64,000 nucleotides of DNA from assembly GCA_963665775.2 (NCBI GenBank), contig CAXXTF010000002.1, positions 992,001-1,056,000 on the forward strand, in the 5' to 3' direction. The DNA comes from Dehalococcoidia bacterium. GTDB taxonomy: Bacteria > Chloroflexota > Dehalococcoidia > SM23-28-2 > RBG-16-64-32. The position numbers and the translations under genes were made by a program. Numbering within the stretch: position 1 is the first letter of the stretch; each line of letters begins with the position of its first letter. Below the pieces are notes generated by a model. The model was not told where the DNA came from and ran no database searches. It was given only the letters and a program-made list of their open reading frames with translations. Of this stretch, positions 10,478 to 21,038 are shown in pieces.

Positions 10478-10692
10478 CGACCCCGTCGAGGGCGGGACGG
10501 CTTCGTTGCTGACTCGCTTCCTGCTGGGCGAGTCGGCGCCGCAGGCCGCCGCCGAGCGCCAATAACAGCCCTGGCGAGACGCTATTAACTCATAGTGTCG
10601 CGTGGGAATCGGCGGTCACAACGAGTGGACTCAGCATGCGGTCAAGGGCTCCCGCGCGTTCTGTAGGCTTAGCGGACTCCATACCCTGCGCG

Positions 10693-11988
10693 TTACCCCG
10701 TGCCCTCCCCTGGTTCACCCTCCGATGACGGCGGCACTCGGTACTCGCTGATGAGGCGGGTGTCGGCGCGCGCCGCCCACATTGCGATGGCAGATAGACT
10801 CACCACGAGCGCTATGACGGACCAGCCTAGAGTGTAGCCGCCGGTGACGTCCAGCGCTTTGCCCACGAATAACGGTCCGAAGAGAGCGCCGATCGTGACC
10901 GACAGCCGACTGAGCCCGTTGATAGTGCCGAAGGTCTTGGTGCCGAAGTAGTCCGCCACTATCGCCTGGCGTACTGGCAGGGTGGAGCCGAAGCCCACGG
11001 CGATGATCATTAAACCGATGATGACGTGCCAGAGCTCGCCAGCGATTGCGAGGATCGGGAGCCCGGCCGCAGCTGTCAGCATGGCGACGGCCATTACCAC
11101 CCTCTTCTCGTAGATATCCCCCAAGATTCCGGCCCCCACGCGGCCGAATATCGTGGTGACGGTGAACACCGCCAGGACAGAGCTAGCAAGGGCCTTTGAG
11201 TAGCCCAGCGATTCCACGAAGGGGATCAGGTGAACCATGAGACCAGACGAGCCGAAGCCGAGGAGCGCCACCCCCAGACTGAGCATCCAGAAGGAGCGCG
11301 AGCGAAGCGCCCGACGCACAGGCACTCCCCAGTCGGGGGACGCCACGCCGGCACCTTCGCCTCCTTCTGCGGCAGGATCGATACCGTCGACCGGCTGCCG
11401 ATGGTTGGCCGGGCGCTCGCGTACGTTAAGTGCAGGGTACATAGCCACAGTGAGGGCGATGACGGCCAAGATGCGCAACGCCGCCCGCCAGCCTATCTCA
11501 TCCACCATCCAGCCCGCGCCCACCACGAGGATGCCTGACAGGCCCCCGCCCACGGAGACCAGGGCCATCGCCCGGGAGCGCCGCCTCACGAACCAGGTGG
11601 CCGTGGCCTTGTAGGCGGAGACCCCGCTGGCGCCGCTGTGACCGGCAGAGATGAGCATCATCACAACATAGAATTGCCAGAGCTCCTGGATGAACGACAT
11701 CAGGAAAACTCCGCCCGAGGCGAGAAACAGGCCGACGACGAGCAGGCGGCGCGGCCCGATCCGATCCAGGAGCACCCCGACGACTGGAGCGGCGATGCTG
11801 GCCGCCTCGGAACGCAGCGAGAAAGCCAGGCTGACGGAGGCCGCGCTCCAACCAAATTCGTCGCGCAGGGGGTTGAAGATCGTACCGAAGGAATGGACGA
11901 ATACGGCCGTCGTCAGGATGATAATGAAGCCGCCCGAGGCGGCAACCAGCCAGCCTTCGTAGACATTGGGAAACAGTCGGCTGAGCAT
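10693..11988 (-). CDS. MFS transporter (OFA/monocarboxylate-like)
   Basis: About 12 TM segments with motifs 'GVLLDRIGPRR', 'WFVRRRSRA' and 'ADYFGTK'. Confidence 0.92.
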   Translation of the reverse strand: MLSRLFPNVYEGWLVAASGGFIIILTTAVFVHSFGTIFNPLRDEFGWSAASVSLAFSLRSEAASIAAPVVGVLLDRIGPRRLLVVGLFLASGGVFLMSFIQELWQFYVVMMLISAGHSGASGVSAYKATATWFVRRRSRAMALVSVGGGLSGILVVGAGWMVDEIGWRAALRILAVIALTVAMYPALNVRERPANHRQPVDGIDPAAEGGEGAGVASPDWGVPVRRALRSRSFWMLSLGVALLGFGSSGLMVHLIPFVESLGYSKALASSVLAVFTVTTIFGRVGAGILGDIYEKRVVMAVAMLTAAAGLPILAIAGELWHVIIGLMIIAVGFGSTLPVRQAIVADYFGTKTFGTINGLSRLSVTIGALFGPLFVGKALDVTGGYTLGWSVIALVVSLSAIAMWAARADTRLISEYRVPPSSEGEPGEGTG

Positions 11989-12039
11989 CGAAACTACCTG
12001 AGATGCTACCTCATCGGACTGGCAGGCGCACTTTCAGTT

Positions 12040-12083
12040 GCCAGGGCTGCTCTCAACCCAGGCCAGGGCGGCTCTCAGCTCAG
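12040..12083. repeat. 22-bp tandem direct repeat, candidate operator
   Basis: GCCAGGGCTGCTCTCAACCCAG / GCCAGGGCGGCTCTCAGCTCAG (19/22) in the divergent MFS-DUF1800 intergenic region. Confidence 0.45.
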
Positions 12084-12318
12084 GATGGTCTGCCGCTTAC
12101 TCCCGCCCAGCATCCAGCCCCCTTGCTGCCTACGCGGCTGTGGCTCCCCTCGACACATCCTCAGCCGGGTTAGTCCGTCGCCGACTGAATCGGACCGAAC
12201 CGGCGGCTGTGAACTATCCTACACTGCCCACACATAGAGTCCGCTGTAGGGCCTTGTGCCGTGACTTTAATCGTCGTCTAACGTTTAACTCTTATACTGG
12301 AACGCTAGAAGAAGACTC

Positions 12319-13977
12319 ATGAAGATGTCTAGAGGACTCTCACGGCGGGCATTCCTCGGTGGCACCGTGGCAGCGGCGGCGGGGACAGCGGGAGCGTTCA
12401 CCTTCTGGCTGATCGACTTCCCCATGGGTAGCAGCGTGCACGTGTCCCCCGGAGATGCCGCGGATGTCAATGCTAGAGCGTCGTTTGAGTTCCCGCCTGG
12501 CCGGCGGGCGGAGGCCGCCCATCTGCTTCGCCGCGCTGGCTTCGGCGGCAGCCGCGCCGAAATGGAGTCCCTGGCGGGTCTGTCCCGTGAGGAGGCCGTT
12601 GACCGTGTGATGGACTTCTCCGTCGCCGACCATGCCGACAGCGTGCTGAGCGAGCTGGGCGTGGACCCGTGGAACCATCCGGACCAGATCGGACGTTGGT
12701 GGGCTCTACGAATGGTGTACAGCAGCCGCCCGATGTTGGAGCGCTTCACGCTCTTCTGGCATGACCACTTCGCGACGTCCATTCAGAAAGTCAAGGATCC
12801 GTGGCTGATGCTGGGCCAGAACCAACTGCTTCGCTCCCATGCCCTAGGCAGCTTTCGAGACCTTGTACTGGCAACGGCCAAGGATCCAGCTATGCTCATC
12901 TGGCTGGACAACCGTCTGAATGTGAAAGGAAACCCGAACAAGAACTACGCACGCGAATTGATGGAGCTGCACACGATCGGGATCGGGAACTACACCGAGA
13001 CGGATGTGAAGGAGGCAGCCAGAGCCTTCACCGGTTGGGGCTTGCGGCGTCGAGAGCAGCGAACGTTTCGCCTGCGCGCTCAGGAGCTACGTAAAGCGGC
13101 CGCCAGCCCGGATCTGAGCGCCAGCCAGCGCCGGGATATCAGGCGAGAACTCCGCATGTTGGAGCGCGACTACCCTCTGGAGTTCACCTTCAGTCCTGAG
13201 CATCACGATGAGGGCATCAAGACCTTCCTCGGAGAGACCGGCCCCTGGGATGGCGAAGACATCATTGACCTCCTAGTGCAGAGCGACGCCTGTGCCGATT
13301 TCATCTGCCACAAGCTGTTCGCTCATCTAGCCTATGAGGAGCCGAGCGAGGCGACGATCGACCAACTCAAGGCTACCTACTTTCGGAGCGGCTATAGGCT
13401 TCAGCCGGTGGTGCGCGAGATCCTCCTGTCGCCAGAGTTCTACTCGGATCGTGCGTACCGGTCCCGGATAAAAAGCCCGGCCCAGTTCGTTGCCGGTACT
13501 GTCCGTGCTCTAGACGGTCAAACTGACGGCTTCGGGCTGGATTCGGCTATGGCCAGTCAAGGCCAGCATCTGTTTAACCCGCCGAATCCCGCCGGCTGGC
13601 CGGGTGGTCCTGCTTGGATCAACGGCAACACCATCATCGGCCGGTCCAACTTTGCTGCGGAGGTCGCGGCGGCTCGCCCAAGCGGCGAAAATGTCTCTCC
13701 AGAGGGCCGTCAAAGGGACCGAGCCAGCCACGGTTGGATCGACCCTGCTAGTCTCCTCGCCGACGCAACCGAGGCGGGACAGGTGGCCCAGACCCTTGTC
13801 GAGCTACTTCTAGACGGCAACGTGACGGCTGGCGACCTGAACATCCTGGTTAAGTACCTGCACACAGGTCCGGGAGGTAGCTATCAGGAGTTTAGCTTGA
13901 CCGAACGAAGTATCGACCATAAAGTGCGCGGCCTAATCCATCTCATCCTGGCTTCGCCTCTTTACGAACTGAGCTAG
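12319..13977 (+). CDS. DUF1800 family protein with Tat signal
   Basis: SRRAFLG Tat motif plus 'HLLRRAGFG', 'LFWHDHFATS', 'NYARELMELHT', 'ARAFTGW' and 'KSP'. Confidence 0.92.
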   Translation: MKMSRGLSRRAFLGGTVAAAAGTAGAFTFWLIDFPMGSSVHVSPGDAADVNARASFEFPPGRRAEAAHLLRRAGFGGSRAEMESLAGLSREEAVDRVMDFSVADHADSVLSELGVDPWNHPDQIGRWWALRMVYSSRPMLERFTLFWHDHFATSIQKVKDPWLMLGQNQLLRSHALGSFRDLVLATAKDPAMLIWLDNRLNVKGNPNKNYARELMELHTIGIGNYTETDVKEAARAFTGWGLRRREQRTFRLRAQELRKAAASPDLSASQRRDIRRELRMLERDYPLEFTFSPEHHDEGIKTFLGETGPWDGEDIIDLLVQSDACADFICHKLFAHLAYEEPSEATIDQLKATYFRSGYRLQPVVREILLSPEFYSDRAYRSRIKSPAQFVAGTVRALDGQTDGFGLDSAMASQGQHLFNPPNPAGWPGGPAWINGNTIIGRSNFAAEVAAARPSGENVSPEGRQRDRASHGWIDPASLLADATEAGQVAQTLVELLLDGNVTAGDLNILVKYLHTGPGGSYQEFSLTERSIDHKVRGLIHLILASPLYELS

Positions 13978-13990
13978 GGAGGACCGGCCA

Positions 13991-15259
13991 ATGCCCAGGA
14001 CCCAGATCAGTAGACGCGAGTTTCTAAGAGGGAGTATGGGCGGCATTGCCCTCGTCTCGGCTGGCTCGCTGATGCCGGCGGTGTTCGTGCGGTCCGTATT
14101 CTCCCGGGAGGCTCGTACTGTATCCGCTGCTGAGGGACGCGTCATCGTAATCCTTCAGGTGGCCGGGGGCAACGACGGCCTGAATACGGTTGTACCGTAC
14201 AACGACGGGCTCTACTATGACGCCCGTGCCAGCTTGGCCATCTCTCCTGAGGATGTGCTTCCCTTAAACGACCGAATTGGTTTGCATCCGGCGATGACGG
14301 GGCTCAATACCCTGTGGCAGGAGGGCCATCTGGCCGTCGTGGAAGGTGTGGGTTATCCGAACCCCAGCCGTTCTCACTTCCGATCCATGGAAATATGGCA
14401 CACGGCCAACGCGGAGGGCGTGTCCTACGAGGGCTGGCTTGGCAAGTACCTAGATGCTACGGGCGCAGAGAACGGTAATCTTTGGCGGGCAGTGAACGTG
14501 GGATCTTCGCTCGCACCCTCTCTGGCCTCGGATGCCGTCTATGTGCCGACGGTCAGCAATATTAACGCCTACCAGCTACGGAGCGACCCACGCTACCCCG
14601 ATGACCACGAAAACAGGATGCAGGCGTGGACAGCTCTCTACGCTGAGGCTGCTTCCGAACCTGGCTATCTTCCCCTGGTGAGCGCGACAGGTCTCCAAGC
14701 CTTCGATAGCGCCATTCAGCTTGGTAACGTTGCTTCCGGTTACGAGCCGGCGGTAGAGTATCCGAGCGGCCCCCTCGGCGAGGCGATGAAGCTAGTGGCC
14801 CAGCTGATAGATTCCGAGCTGGGTACTGGGATTTGCTATGTGACTACCGGTGGCTTCGACACACATGCACAGCAGCCCAACCTGCACGCGGCACTTCTGG
14901 GAGGACTCTCAGACGCCATCCTCGCCTTCGACCGAGACCTTGCCGCGCACGGCAAAGGCCAGGACGTAGTCCTGGTGACGTGGTCGGAGTTCGGTCGTCG
15001 AGTAAAGGAGAACGGCAGCACGGGCACCGATCACGGTACCGCCGGCCCCCTGTTTGTGGTTGGCGATCCGGTGCAGGGTGGCGTCTATGGCGAGCCCTCT
15101 AGCCTCGCGGAGCTGGACAACGGTGACCTGAGGTTCACCACCGATTTCCGATCGGTCTACGCTACACTTCTTGAGGAGTGGCTAAGTATGCCATCCGCCG
15201 ATGTCTTGGGTGCCAGTTTCCCAACTCTCGGGATCTTTGCCGGACCTCCCGCCGTCTAA
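13991..15259 (+). CDS. DUF1501 family protein with Tat signal
   Basis: SRREFLR Tat motif plus 'GGNDGLNT', 'RSHF', 'GGFDTH', 'SEFGRR..EN...GTDHG' and 'DFRSVY'. Confidence 0.93.
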   Translation: MPRTQISRREFLRGSMGGIALVSAGSLMPAVFVRSVFSREARTVSAAEGRVIVILQVAGGNDGLNTVVPYNDGLYYDARASLAISPEDVLPLNDRIGLHPAMTGLNTLWQEGHLAVVEGVGYPNPSRSHFRSMEIWHTANAEGVSYEGWLGKYLDATGAENGNLWRAVNVGSSLAPSLASDAVYVPTVSNINAYQLRSDPRYPDDHENRMQAWTALYAEAASEPGYLPLVSATGLQAFDSAIQLGNVASGYEPAVEYPSGPLGEAMKLVAQLIDSELGTGICYVTTGGFDTHAQQPNLHAALLGGLSDAILAFDRDLAAHGKGQDVVLVTWSEFGRRVKENGSTGTDHGTAGPLFVVGDPVQGGVYGEPSSLAELDNGDLRFTTDFRSVYATLLEEWLSMPSADVLGASFPTLGIFAGPPAV

Positions 15260-15301
15260 CACTTCAGAGGCGCTGGGCGCGACTTAGAACCAAAGGCCAG
15301 C

Positions 15302-15535
15302 AGTGAAGTCCGTGTGATGGTCGCTCTGGGCAGCGTTGCTTAGGCTGCGGTGTCTCGGCTGGTAGACCTGCGGCCGAGGCCCAAAATCGGACACGGCGTA
15401 GAGGCTCGTCTACCCGGCCGGCGCGTAATGATCTGTTCTTATCACCCTAGCCGGCAGAACCCATTCACGCTCAGGCTCAGCGAAGAGATGCTTGACACCG
15501 TGTTCCGCAGGGCTCGGCTACTCGCTTCGGTCTGA
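15302..15535 (+). pseudogene. Uracil-DNA glycosylase (family 5, UdgB-like) C-terminal remnant
   Basis: SEVRVMVALGSVA*AAV...GHG...SYHPSRQN...RLSEEMLDTVF. In-frame TAG at 15341-15343 and the N-terminal part is absent. Confidence 0.7.
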
Positions 15536-15586
15536 GAACCGACGCCGGGCCATGTTCCGGCCTGAGAACTGACGCCGCGATCCCAA

Positions 15587-16876
15587 TTAGGACGTCCAAC
15601 GGGCTGGTATCGCCAGCTCGGATGCCAGACCCTTTTCTTGAGCGAGGAGCCGAATATAGTTCATGGCGGCGCTACCCTGCTGCAACTCACTTTTCAGTTT
15701 TGGATCGGTGAGTCGCATCTCAATAAGGCTGGCCAGGAGACCGCCCTCGTCCAGGGGCTTGCCGATAAGGACTGCGCCGACAAGCCGGTCGCCTTCAAAG
15801 ATCAGCTTTCGGTAGTCCCCGCCAGAGTTGACGGTAATGATACCCTCTCGGCCGTTACCCTCGTCAAGGATCCCTACGGAGCCACAGGGAACGCCCAGAG
15901 GAGTGAAGGAGTTGAGCCCCAGGTTTCGCAAGCGGGCCGTGGGTAGCCCCCCCATGTTCAGCCCAGCCACCCTCCCATGCTCAGTGGCGGCCGGTATTAT
16001 TGCGAATACGCTAAGCTCGCCACTTATAGCGTCTACACTGGCGGCGCAATCCCCTGCCGCGTAGATTCCCTCGACGTTGGTCTTGGAGTGATCGTCGATA
16101 ACGATGCCCCGATCCACCTTGATGCCGGCTCCATCTAGGAAGTCGATGTTTGGCACGACACCTACTGCCATCACGACCATGTCCGCCTCGACCTGGTCAC
16201 CACTGGCCAAGGTCAGAATCTTCTGCCCGTTGGAATCTTCGATCCGATCAACCCGCTGTTCGAGGCGCAGGTCCACGCCGACATCCCGGTAGCGGGCCTC
16301 TATGATCTTGCCACCATCGGCGTCCATGGCCACCGGCATCACGCGGCTCAACATTTCGATCTGAGTCACCTGCTTGCCTCGGGCTACCATCGCGTTCACC
16401 GTCTGGATTCCGATCAGGCCCCCGCCGACCACGGTCACACGTTTAGCAGTCTGGGCAGCGTCGTCGATCTTACGCGCATCTTCCGCGGTCCACAGGGTGA
16501 GCACGCCGGGCAGCCGGCCCCCGTCCATTGAGGGAACGATGGACTTGGATCCGGTAGCGATTAAGAGGTCATCATAGGGTACGGATGTGCCGTCTGCCAG
16601 CGTCACCGCCTTGCCGGCAGCGTCTATCTGTACCACGGCCTTGCCGGCACCGAGAAGGGGTTCCACGTTGTGCTTCTTGTAGAAGCTGTAATCAAGGTAA
16701 AACATCTGCTCATAGGACATCTTCCCGGATAGGTAATAAGTGGTGAGAGCCGGTGAGTAGGGTGACCCGTCCTCTCTTGAGATCAGCACCACCTCATCGG
16801 AGTCACTAACTTTGCGCAACCACTCCACGGCGGTCGTGGCAGCATGGCTATTGCCGATAATAACGTGCCGCTTCAC
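15587..16876 (-). CDS. FAD/NAD(P)-dependent oxidoreductase (AorC/NirB-like)
   Basis: Two Rossmann motifs (IIGNS, VVGGGLIG) and 'TNVEGIYAAGD'. GTG start with AGGAGG. Confidence 0.88.
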   Translation of the reverse strand: MKRHVIIGNSHAATTAVEWLRKVSDSDEVVLISREDGSPYSPALTTYYLSGKMSYEQMFYLDYSFYKKHNVEPLLGAGKAVVQIDAAGKAVTLADGTSVPYDDLLIATGSKSIVPSMDGGRLPGVLTLWTAEDARKIDDAAQTAKRVTVVGGGLIGIQTVNAMVARGKQVTQIEMLSRVMPVAMDADGGKIIEARYRDVGVDLRLEQRVDRIEDSNGQKILTLASGDQVEADMVVMAVGVVPNIDFLDGAGIKVDRGIVIDDHSKTNVEGIYAAGDCAASVDAISGELSVFAIIPAATEHGRVAGLNMGGLPTARLRNLGLNSFTPLGVPCGSVGILDEGNGREGIITVNSGGDYRKLIFEGDRLVGAVLIGKPLDEGGLLASLIEMRLTDPKLKSELQQGSAAMNYIRLLAQEKGLASELAIPARWTS

Positions 16877-16920
16877 TTGTTTCCTCCTGCCAAGAGCTAG
16901 ATCAGTGGGAGGCTAACGGC

Positions 16921-17421
16921 CTAGGCCGTAGGAGCGTCGCCGGTAACCGGTGTAAGTGGGACCACCTCATCGGTGAAGCGTAGGTAGGGCAGCGCGCGAA
17001 GATGGTCCGCTGGCTCCGGGAGTTCGCCATAGCTGATGGCCCCCACCTCACAAAACTTCACGCACCAGGGATCTCCATCACACAGGTCACACTTATGGGC
17101 CAGGCCATCCCTGACGGTGACCGCGCCGAAGGGGCAGGTGACCGTACAGAGGTTGCAATTGATGCACTTATCGGCGATGAAATCCACCTGGCCGGTTTCC
17201 GGGTTCTTCTCGAGGGCCCGAGTTGGACAGTTCAGGGCACAATACGGAATTTCGCACTGGGCGCAGACCATCGGGTAATAGAAGTAGGCCTCATTAAATA
17301 GTTGCATTCCGATGAGGGACTTAGACGGATCGATTTCCCCCTCGTGCGAAAGGGAGCAGGCCACCTCACAAGCCCTGCAGGCGATGCATCTGCTGGCATT
17401 AATCAGGAGTCCCTTAGTCAT
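16921..17421 (-). CDS. 4Fe-4S dicluster ferredoxin subunit (AorA/DmsB-like)
   Basis: CIACRACEVAC, CAQCEIPYCALNCP, CINCNLCTVTCP and KCDLCDGDPWCVKFC. Confidence 0.93.
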   Translation of the reverse strand: MTKGLLINASRCIACRACEVACSLSHEGEIDPSKSLIGMQLFNEAYFYYPMVCAQCEIPYCALNCPTRALEKNPETGQVDFIADKCINCNLCTVTCPFGAVTVRDGLAHKCDLCDGDPWCVKFCEVGAISYGELPEPADHLRALPYLRFTDEVVPLTPVTGDAPTA

Positions 17422-17469
17422 GGCGACACTCCATTCTGTCGTTGGCCTTGGCGGAGGCCGTCCGGAATC

Positions 17470-19377
17470 TCATGTCGGTTTAGAGCCCGCCGGCTCAGCA
17501 TAGAGCGGGGGAATCAAGTCATCGAGGCCCAGCCGCTTCAACGTCTCGGGCAGAGGCTTGCCCTCTTCTTTACTCCAGCCCATGGACTCGTAAAACTCTT
17601 CAATCATTCCGACCAGGTGGGGCCGGATATCAAGTCCGGCGTAGGCACCCGTCGTGTGGGGCTCCATGAAGCGGGGTCCGATGTCCAGATCGTCGGCTTT
17701 TGTCATGCCGCGGCGAATCCCGTACACCCGCTGGAGGTTCATGACGCGCTCGCCCACTTCCAGCACTTCTTCATGGCTGAAGTCATCCCAGCCAACAGCG
17801 GTGGCGATGCTGCGAGCCATGAGCGTGTGGTAGCCGGGCGTGCGCCGCATATTGATGTTGGCAGCGAACCAGCAGACCCCATTGACATCCTCGAAGGTGG
17901 ACCGCTTCTGGGTGCCGGCCAGGAGCGCGCCCTTACCTTTCATTTCCCACGGGTCCTGGGGTTCAAACCCCAGGTCGGGCTCCCCCATCAGCTCGCTGCC
18001 GAGGCTACCTTGCCAGCAGGGGCCGGCTGGACAGACGGCCTGTCCCACGATGATGCTGGGACGAGCCCGCCAATCATGGAGGTTGGGGCCGGAGCCCTTG
18101 ACGTGGACCACCATGTTGGGGGCCTCACCGCCAATGTACTCGGCGGTCTTCTTGGGCCCTTCCGCCAGGATCGCACCGAAGCCTTCCTTGTAGGCGATCA
18201 TGCGCCATAGCTTCTCGGTCATTTCGGCGTCGCCCCAACGGAGCTCCAGGCCGCCAGTCTTCTCCTTCGTCAGGATGCCCTTCTCGAAACACTCGATGGC
18301 CAGGCCGATCGCGCAGGATGGCGTTCCCACGTCCAGGCCCAGGCGGTCCACCAGGTCCGTCAGGTAGAGCACTGTCCCCGGCTCATCAACGCCGGCCATG
18401 GCGGCAGCCCCCTCCGAGTTTTCGAATCCTCCCGCCAGGGTAGCCTCGTAGCCAGCATGGGGACCGGTGGTCACGTCGATGCCGTAGGCGCACGGGCTGG
18501 GGCAGGCCCAGCAGCCTCTCGGGTGGACCGGGAACTTTTCCGACTCCTCAGAGACGCCGCGGCGGAACTCCTTGGACCATTCCGGGTCGCTGAAGTTCTT
18601 GCCGGTCGTGAAGTAGGGGGCGTCACCGGCATCGGGCGGCCTGGCACGGGCGGCATGGGCGATGACGTGGGTCCCCTCGACAGTCTTGTGCCACTCGAGG
18701 GAGACCTGCAAGAACTCTTTCGGGTTAGCGATTGGCACCGGGTAGGGCCCTCTGGTGACGGCAATAGCCTTAAGCTTCTTGGCGCCCATGATGCAGCCCA
18801 TGCCCTTGGAAGCGCTATGCATCTTGTCGTTCTCGATGGAGGCGGCCTCCACGAGATTCTCGCCGGCGGGGCCGATGGCTGCCACACTCGTTTCCGCCAC
18901 CATCCCGATGTCCACCACAACGGCGTCCTCTGTTTCGTGAGTGTCCAGCCCCCAGATGCCGCTGGCGTCCCGAAGCTCGGCCTCGCCATCGTGGATCCAG
19001 AGGTAAGTGGGGCTAGCGGCTGCCCCCTGGACGATAATGCCATCGAACCCGTTCAACTTGAGGAAGGCACCCCAATAGCCATGAGAGTGGGAACCGTGTA
19101 TGACCTTGCTGTGAAGCTCGTGGCGGACGCTCGTGACTGTCCAGTCCGATGAACTCTGGATAAGGGTGCCGGTGATGGGACCGGTGGTGAACACCAGCCG
19201 GTTTTCGGGGTCGAGGGCGTGGACGTTCATGGGCACCTCGTTATTGATGATCCAAGCGCCCAGGCCGAGGCCGCCTATGTACTTGCGGAGGATCTCATCA
19301 CTCGGTAGTGGCTCCTCTGAGACACTGCCGGAGCTGAGATCTACCCTAAGGAATTTGCCGGCATAACCACCCTTCAT
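17470..19377 (-). CDS. aor: Aldehyde:ferredoxin oxidoreductase (W-pterin, AOR family) catalytic subunit
   Basis: MKGGYAGKFLRVDLS start, IGPAGEN, MGAKKLKAI, CWACPSPC, DRLGLD, HVKG and 'GKPLPETLKRLGL'. GGAGG RBS. Confidence 0.92.
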   Translation of the reverse strand: MKGGYAGKFLRVDLSSGSVSEEPLPSDEILRKYIGGLGLGAWIINNEVPMNVHALDPENRLVFTTGPITGTLIQSSSDWTVTSVRHELHSKVIHGSHSHGYWGAFLKLNGFDGIIVQGAAASPTYLWIHDGEAELRDASGIWGLDTHETEDAVVVDIGMVAETSVAAIGPAGENLVEAASIENDKMHSASKGMGCIMGAKKLKAIAVTRGPYPVPIANPKEFLQVSLEWHKTVEGTHVIAHAARARPPDAGDAPYFTTGKNFSDPEWSKEFRRGVSEESEKFPVHPRGCWACPSPCAYGIDVTTGPHAGYEATLAGGFENSEGAAAMAGVDEPGTVLYLTDLVDRLGLDVGTPSCAIGLAIECFEKGILTKEKTGGLELRWGDAEMTEKLWRMIAYKEGFGAILAEGPKKTAEYIGGEAPNMVVHVKGSGPNLHDWRARPSIIVGQAVCPAGPCWQGSLGSELMGEPDLGFEPQDPWEMKGKGALLAGTQKRSTFEDVNGVCWFAANINMRRTPGYHTLMARSIATAVGWDDFSHEEVLEVGERVMNLQRVYGIRRGMTKADDLDIGPRFMEPHTTGAYAGLDIRPHLVGMIEEFYESMGWSKEEGKPLPETLKRLGLDDLIPPLYAEPAGSKPT

Positions 19378-19603
19378 GGTGCACCTCCAACCATATTCGC
19401 TGCCTAGCTCACTGACCCGGGGCCGCCTCACCCAGTCCTGCAGGCGATCGCTCCGCGCCACTCAATATACTAGCATTATACAGCCGAAAGCGATCGTGTC
19501 ACGGCCAGGCTCCGCCGACCCTGCTTACACGGCGAGCAAACTGCTGGGTCTCTTCGCTGATCCGCGCTTGAACACTCTCCTGCGACACTAGGGAACGACA
19601 GCG

Positions 19604-20800
19604 TCAGTCGATGGCTCCCCGCTCCCTGAGGTCGGCGATCTGTTGCTGACTATACCCGATCTCGGCCAGAACCTCGTCCGTGTGTTCGCCCGTATACGGG
19701 GTAGGCCTACTGATTTCGAAGCCGTCGCCTTTCACCTTGACGGGGCTGGCCGCAGCCTTGATCGTCCCGTACTCCCGGCAGTCCTGATCGACGAACATCT
19801 GGCGAGCCTTGAACAGGTCGGACTCGGCCATTTCGTTAAGCGGGTAATAGGGAGCACCGGCGATGTTGTTGTCGATGAAGATGTTGGTCCACTCAGCCTG
19901 CGTCTTCGTGGCGAAAACCTTGATCATCTCCTGCCTCAGCTCCTCGTCACCGGAGCCGCTATCCATGCGGCTCACGCTCCAGTCGCCGCGGTTCTCCAGG
20001 TCGAGCCGGTCGATGACCGTACAGAAGCGGAACCAGAAATTTCGCTCGATCGCTTGAATGAGCATGAAGCGGTCATCCTTGGTCTTGTAGTAGCAGTACT
20101 TAGCGCTTATATCGACGTTTGGGTCCTTCCAACCCTCTTCACCATCGTTGAGGACGGGCAACATCTCCTGCCCCAGGGCGGCCACTGTCGCGTCTGAGCA
20201 GGAGATATCCAGATAAGCGCCCTCACCGGTACTCTTTAACTGAACCAGGGCAGCGCATACCGCCATGGCGCCGACCCAGGAGCCGTAGGTCAGGCCATGA
20301 GGGTAGGGCCGGAACTGCACGTAGTTGCCGTCATTCGTCTGATAGGGGATGGCCAGGCCGGCAACGGCATCATAGGCGCCACCGTGGGTGGCCAGATGCG
20401 CGAAAGGCCCGTCCTGGCCGAAGCCGGTAATCGAGCAGTAGATGATGCCTGGATTGACGGCCCTGAAATCCTCGTAGCCCAGACCAAGCTTGGCCTCGAC
20501 GCCGGGTCGGGCGCCCTCCACCACTACCTGACAGCTCTTGGCCATGTCCAGGAGTATCTGGCGGCCCCCAGGAGCGTTCAGGTCCATAGAGATGTCCCGC
20601 TTGTTGCGGTTTATCCACAGGAACAGGGGCATCGACCCACCCCATTTGTCGGGCTCTCTGCCAAACCTGAGGTAGTCGGCGGCTGACTTCTCCTCGACCT
20701 TGATCACGTCGGCGCCCATATCGGCGAGGAGCATGGTGAGCATGGGACCCGGGATAAGGCGGGACATGTCCATGACCTTGATTCCCTTCAGAAGCTTCAC
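19604..20800 (-). CDS. CaiB/BaiF family III CoA-transferase
   Basis: Motifs 'LKGIKVMD..RLIPGP', 'LADMGADVIKVE', 'NRNKR', 'SITGFGQDGP' and 'GEHTDEVL'. Confidence 0.92.
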   Translation of the reverse strand: MKLLKGIKVMDMSRLIPGPMLTMLLADMGADVIKVEEKSAADYLRFGREPDKWGGSMPLFLWINRNKRDISMDLNAPGGRQILLDMAKSCQVVVEGARPGVEAKLGLGYEDFRAVNPGIIYCSITGFGQDGPFAHLATHGGAYDAVAGLAIPYQTNDGNYVQFRPYPHGLTYGSWVGAMAVCAALVQLKSTGEGAYLDISCSDATVAALGQEMLPVLNDGEEGWKDPNVDISAKYCYYKTKDDRFMLIQAIERNFWFRFCTVIDRLDLENRGDWSVSRMDSGSGDEELRQEMIKVFATKTQAEWTNIFIDNNIAGAPYYPLNEMAESDLFKARQMFVDQDCREYGTIKAAASPVKVKGDGFEISRPTPYTGEHTDEVLAEIGYSQQQIADLRERGAID

Positions 20801-21038
20801 GGTGACCTCCTTCTACAGCATCTACGCCTGCTGGTATGCGGGTATCTTCAGAGACTCCGGTATCCTCCCCGCAAGAGTGTAGCCGCGCCGCGCCACACCA
20901 TCACGAGCGCCCTCGTGGGGCGCCTGTTCCATTCTAGCCTCCTTCGCGCATCCTGCCCACTGAACTCGAGTTGGGCGGGCCGCCGGCGCATCCCCGCTGC
21001 GGAGCGGTGATCCAGTGATCGGGTAAGATGAGGATGCC

